Source: Takakia lepidozioides
Lineage: Eukaryota > Plantae > Bryophyta
DNA length: 10,000 bases
Assembly: GCA_030704615.1 (NCBI GenBank)
Contig: JAKLZA010000086.1
Coordinates: 1 to 10,000, forward strand
Direction: 5' to 3'
Part shown: positions 8,371 to 10,000 of the stretch, piece by piece
Numbering within the stretch: the stretch's first letter is position 1
Layout of the letters: each line of letters opens with the position of its first letter
The notes under the pieces: model-generated
What the model saw: only the letters and a program-made list of their open reading frames with translations
The model's database searches: none
Told to the model about the DNA's origin: nothing
Program-made: the position numbers and the translations under genes

Positions 8371-8934
8371 AATCATCAAAGTCCATGACTGTTTCTCGCC
8401 CTTCCGGCTTCACATTATAACTGGTCACCTTGCTGTTCAGGTCTGTGTTTCCTGTCTCCTGGGCAATTCGATTGATTGCTTGATACAGCCTGTGTCTACA
8501 ATAAGGTGCCACAGCCAATAGCTGTCCAATGGTAATCTCTGCTTTGGTCTGGCATATTACTTCAGCCAAAGTCCCTTCATTACTTTGCATGTCTGCAGCT
8601 TCTTTCTTCCTTTCATCCTCACTCACTTCTTCTTCTCCATCAGAATCAAGGAATCTACCACAGGAATATCAGTACTCTTTTGCATTTCCCTTATGGTATC
8701 TGCCACTTCCTTGTGCAGTTCCTTCTCTCTCTCCAAGCCTCATCATCTTCAGGCATATGACTGCCACCTTCCATTATCATCATCTTCCTCAACTACTGGA
8801 GGTATTAGTTTGGCTTTGCTTCTTGTTACTATCATTGTACTTACTTCTGGTACAACACATGGCCTAACCATGTGAGCTGGCCACCACTGGGCCCTCATTC
8901 ACAAGAGCTCTCATCTCATTCTGGTGTCTAATCC

Positions 8935-10000
8935 AGAATGACAGGCTGCCTTTGCGATGTCCTGGCTGATTACAATAGTAACACAGTTCTTCACCATTGG
9001 GTCCTCGCCCTTGGTCTGCTCTTGGATTTTTCTGTAATCCTGATTCCCGGGCTGGTAATTCCCCCTTGGATTACCCTGATAGTTGCCTCTGGAATTTCCT
9101 TGGTAATTCCCTCTTGAATTACCCCTCCCTTCCATGCCATTGTTATAACCACCAGACCTACCATAGTGGTCCTGGTCATTGTTTCTTCTTGGCTAGGTTT
9201 GCACCTGATGCACCCTTACTTGCCTAGGTTCTCTTGCAGCTGTCCTTCTGTTGTAGTAACAATTCTCAGTAGAATGGTTATCCATTTTACAGATAGTACA
9301 GTGTTTCTCCTTCATGTGGCATTCAGTGGTGGTATGGCCTTCATTCTGACACTTGCACACCATACACCCTTCCTCCAATGTGTTGCAGCCTCTGTGGCAT
9401 ACTTCTTCAAGATTTCTTCTAATCTTTCTTACAGTTTATCCCTTTTCAACTTCTCCTTTCTCTTACTCTTCCTTTTTAGTTCTTGCTCTTCTTCTTCATC
9501 TGACTCATCCTCAGAGTCCTCATCATCCCTTTTCTCTCTCCTGAGCATTCCCAATTGCTCAATTATGTTTGCAGTTTCAAATGCCTCCTCCACTGTATTA
9601 TGGGGTAACATATCCACTTTCTTTTGCAACTCTGGTCTTAGTCCACTCATAAACCAAGTCTTCTGTAAACCTGGTGCTGGTACAGCAGCCAGCTTTTTCA
9701 TCATCAATTCCATCTTTTCCATATACTCCTCAACAATTTCATGCTTCTTTTGCTTTAACTGTTGTAAACTTCCATACACTTCATCCTCAGTTTTACTTGT
9801 CCTGAACCTATTTCGGATGCTGTATTCAAGCCATTCCAGGTTAGGAAATGATTATCAGGAAATCTTGCATACCATTCACTTGCTTTCTTGATAAGTGAAC
9901 AAGGAAACAATCTCATCTTGGCATCATCGTCATTCTCATTGTTTACTATACACATGTGCTCAAATTGGCTAATGTGTACATCGGGATCCCCTTTTCCTGA
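8935..10000 (-). pseudogene. gag: Gag (capsid-like Retrotrans_gag domain plus nucleocapsid with three CCHC knuckles), 5'-truncated and frameshifted
   Basis: SGKGDPDVHISQFE..KMRLFPCSLIKKASEWY, LKQKKHEIVEEY (major-homology-like) and WFMSGLRPEL. CX2CX4HX4C knuckles at 9319-9359 (1-nt deletion), 9259-9300 (intact) and 8941-8983 (1-nt insertion). Confidence 0.9.
9043..9114 (-). repeat. Three 24-bp coding repeats encoding RGNYQGN(S/P) in gag
   Basis: AGAGGGAATTACCAAGGAAATTCC / AGAGGCAACTATCAGGGTAATCCA / AGGGGGAATTACCAGCCCGGGAAT. Confidence 0.85.

Larger units (their letters stand above)
1..10000 (-). mobile_element. Ty3/Gypsy LTR retrotransposon, non-chromovirus (Athila-like), partial; 5' LTR, PBS and gag start lie beyond position 10000
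   Basis: Minus-strand domain order gag-PR-RT-RH-INT is diagnostic of Ty3/Gypsy. Integrase ends in a GPY/F module (WKGPY) with no chromodomain. The RH-INT linker (ADHLSRL..DDQLPDASLF..W..PIRYYL..G..P) is Athila-like with no second RNase H. An extra ORF, a PPT and an LTR start follow. Confidence 0.95.

Noticed and set aside
8870-9430. Programmed ribosomal frameshift or readthrough between gag and pol
   Set aside because: Too many scattered indels to single one out, and no clear slippery heptamer with downstream structure.
9435-9545. CT-rich microsatellite-like tract
   Set aside because: It simply encodes the acidic/basic low-complexity linker of Gag (DDEDSEDESDEEEEQELKRKSKRKEK).
7192-9891. 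Plus-strand ORFs including 9166..9891 (241 aa) with apparent hydrophobic segments
   Set aside because: Antisense shadows of purine-rich gag/pol codons.

Overview
The whole window is the internal and 3' part of one plant-type Ty3/Gypsy LTR retrotransposon on the minus strand. It looks non-chromoviral and Athila-like: no chromodomain and no extra archaeal-type RNase H. In transcript order (10000 to 1) it carries: gag with three CCHC zinc knuckles and an RGNYQGN-repeat linker; aspartic protease; heavily frameshifted reverse transcriptase; an intact RNase H-integrase ORF (4715-6742); a 275-bp tandem array with 10-bp units and a 30-bp higher-order unit (4419-4693); a G-box/site-II-rich putative internal promoter and uORF-rich leader; a large sense-strand accessory gene; the polypurine tract (149-162); and the start of the 3' LTR (TGTT at 144). 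The ORF track splits the accessory gene into five or more pieces, but they rejoin through about 7 small frame switches into one protein of about 1250 aa (3931 to 184). That protein has a Transposase_32/ATHILA-like N-terminal domain, a long coiled coil, an unrecognised globular C-terminal domain and a Ser/Arg tail. This accessory module (array, promoter, giant ORF, and a motif shared with the LTR) is the best candidate for an undescribed system. Most lesions are small indels, several in homopolymers, so sequencing or assembly error is likely. All family calls come from motif recognition by eye; no searches were run.
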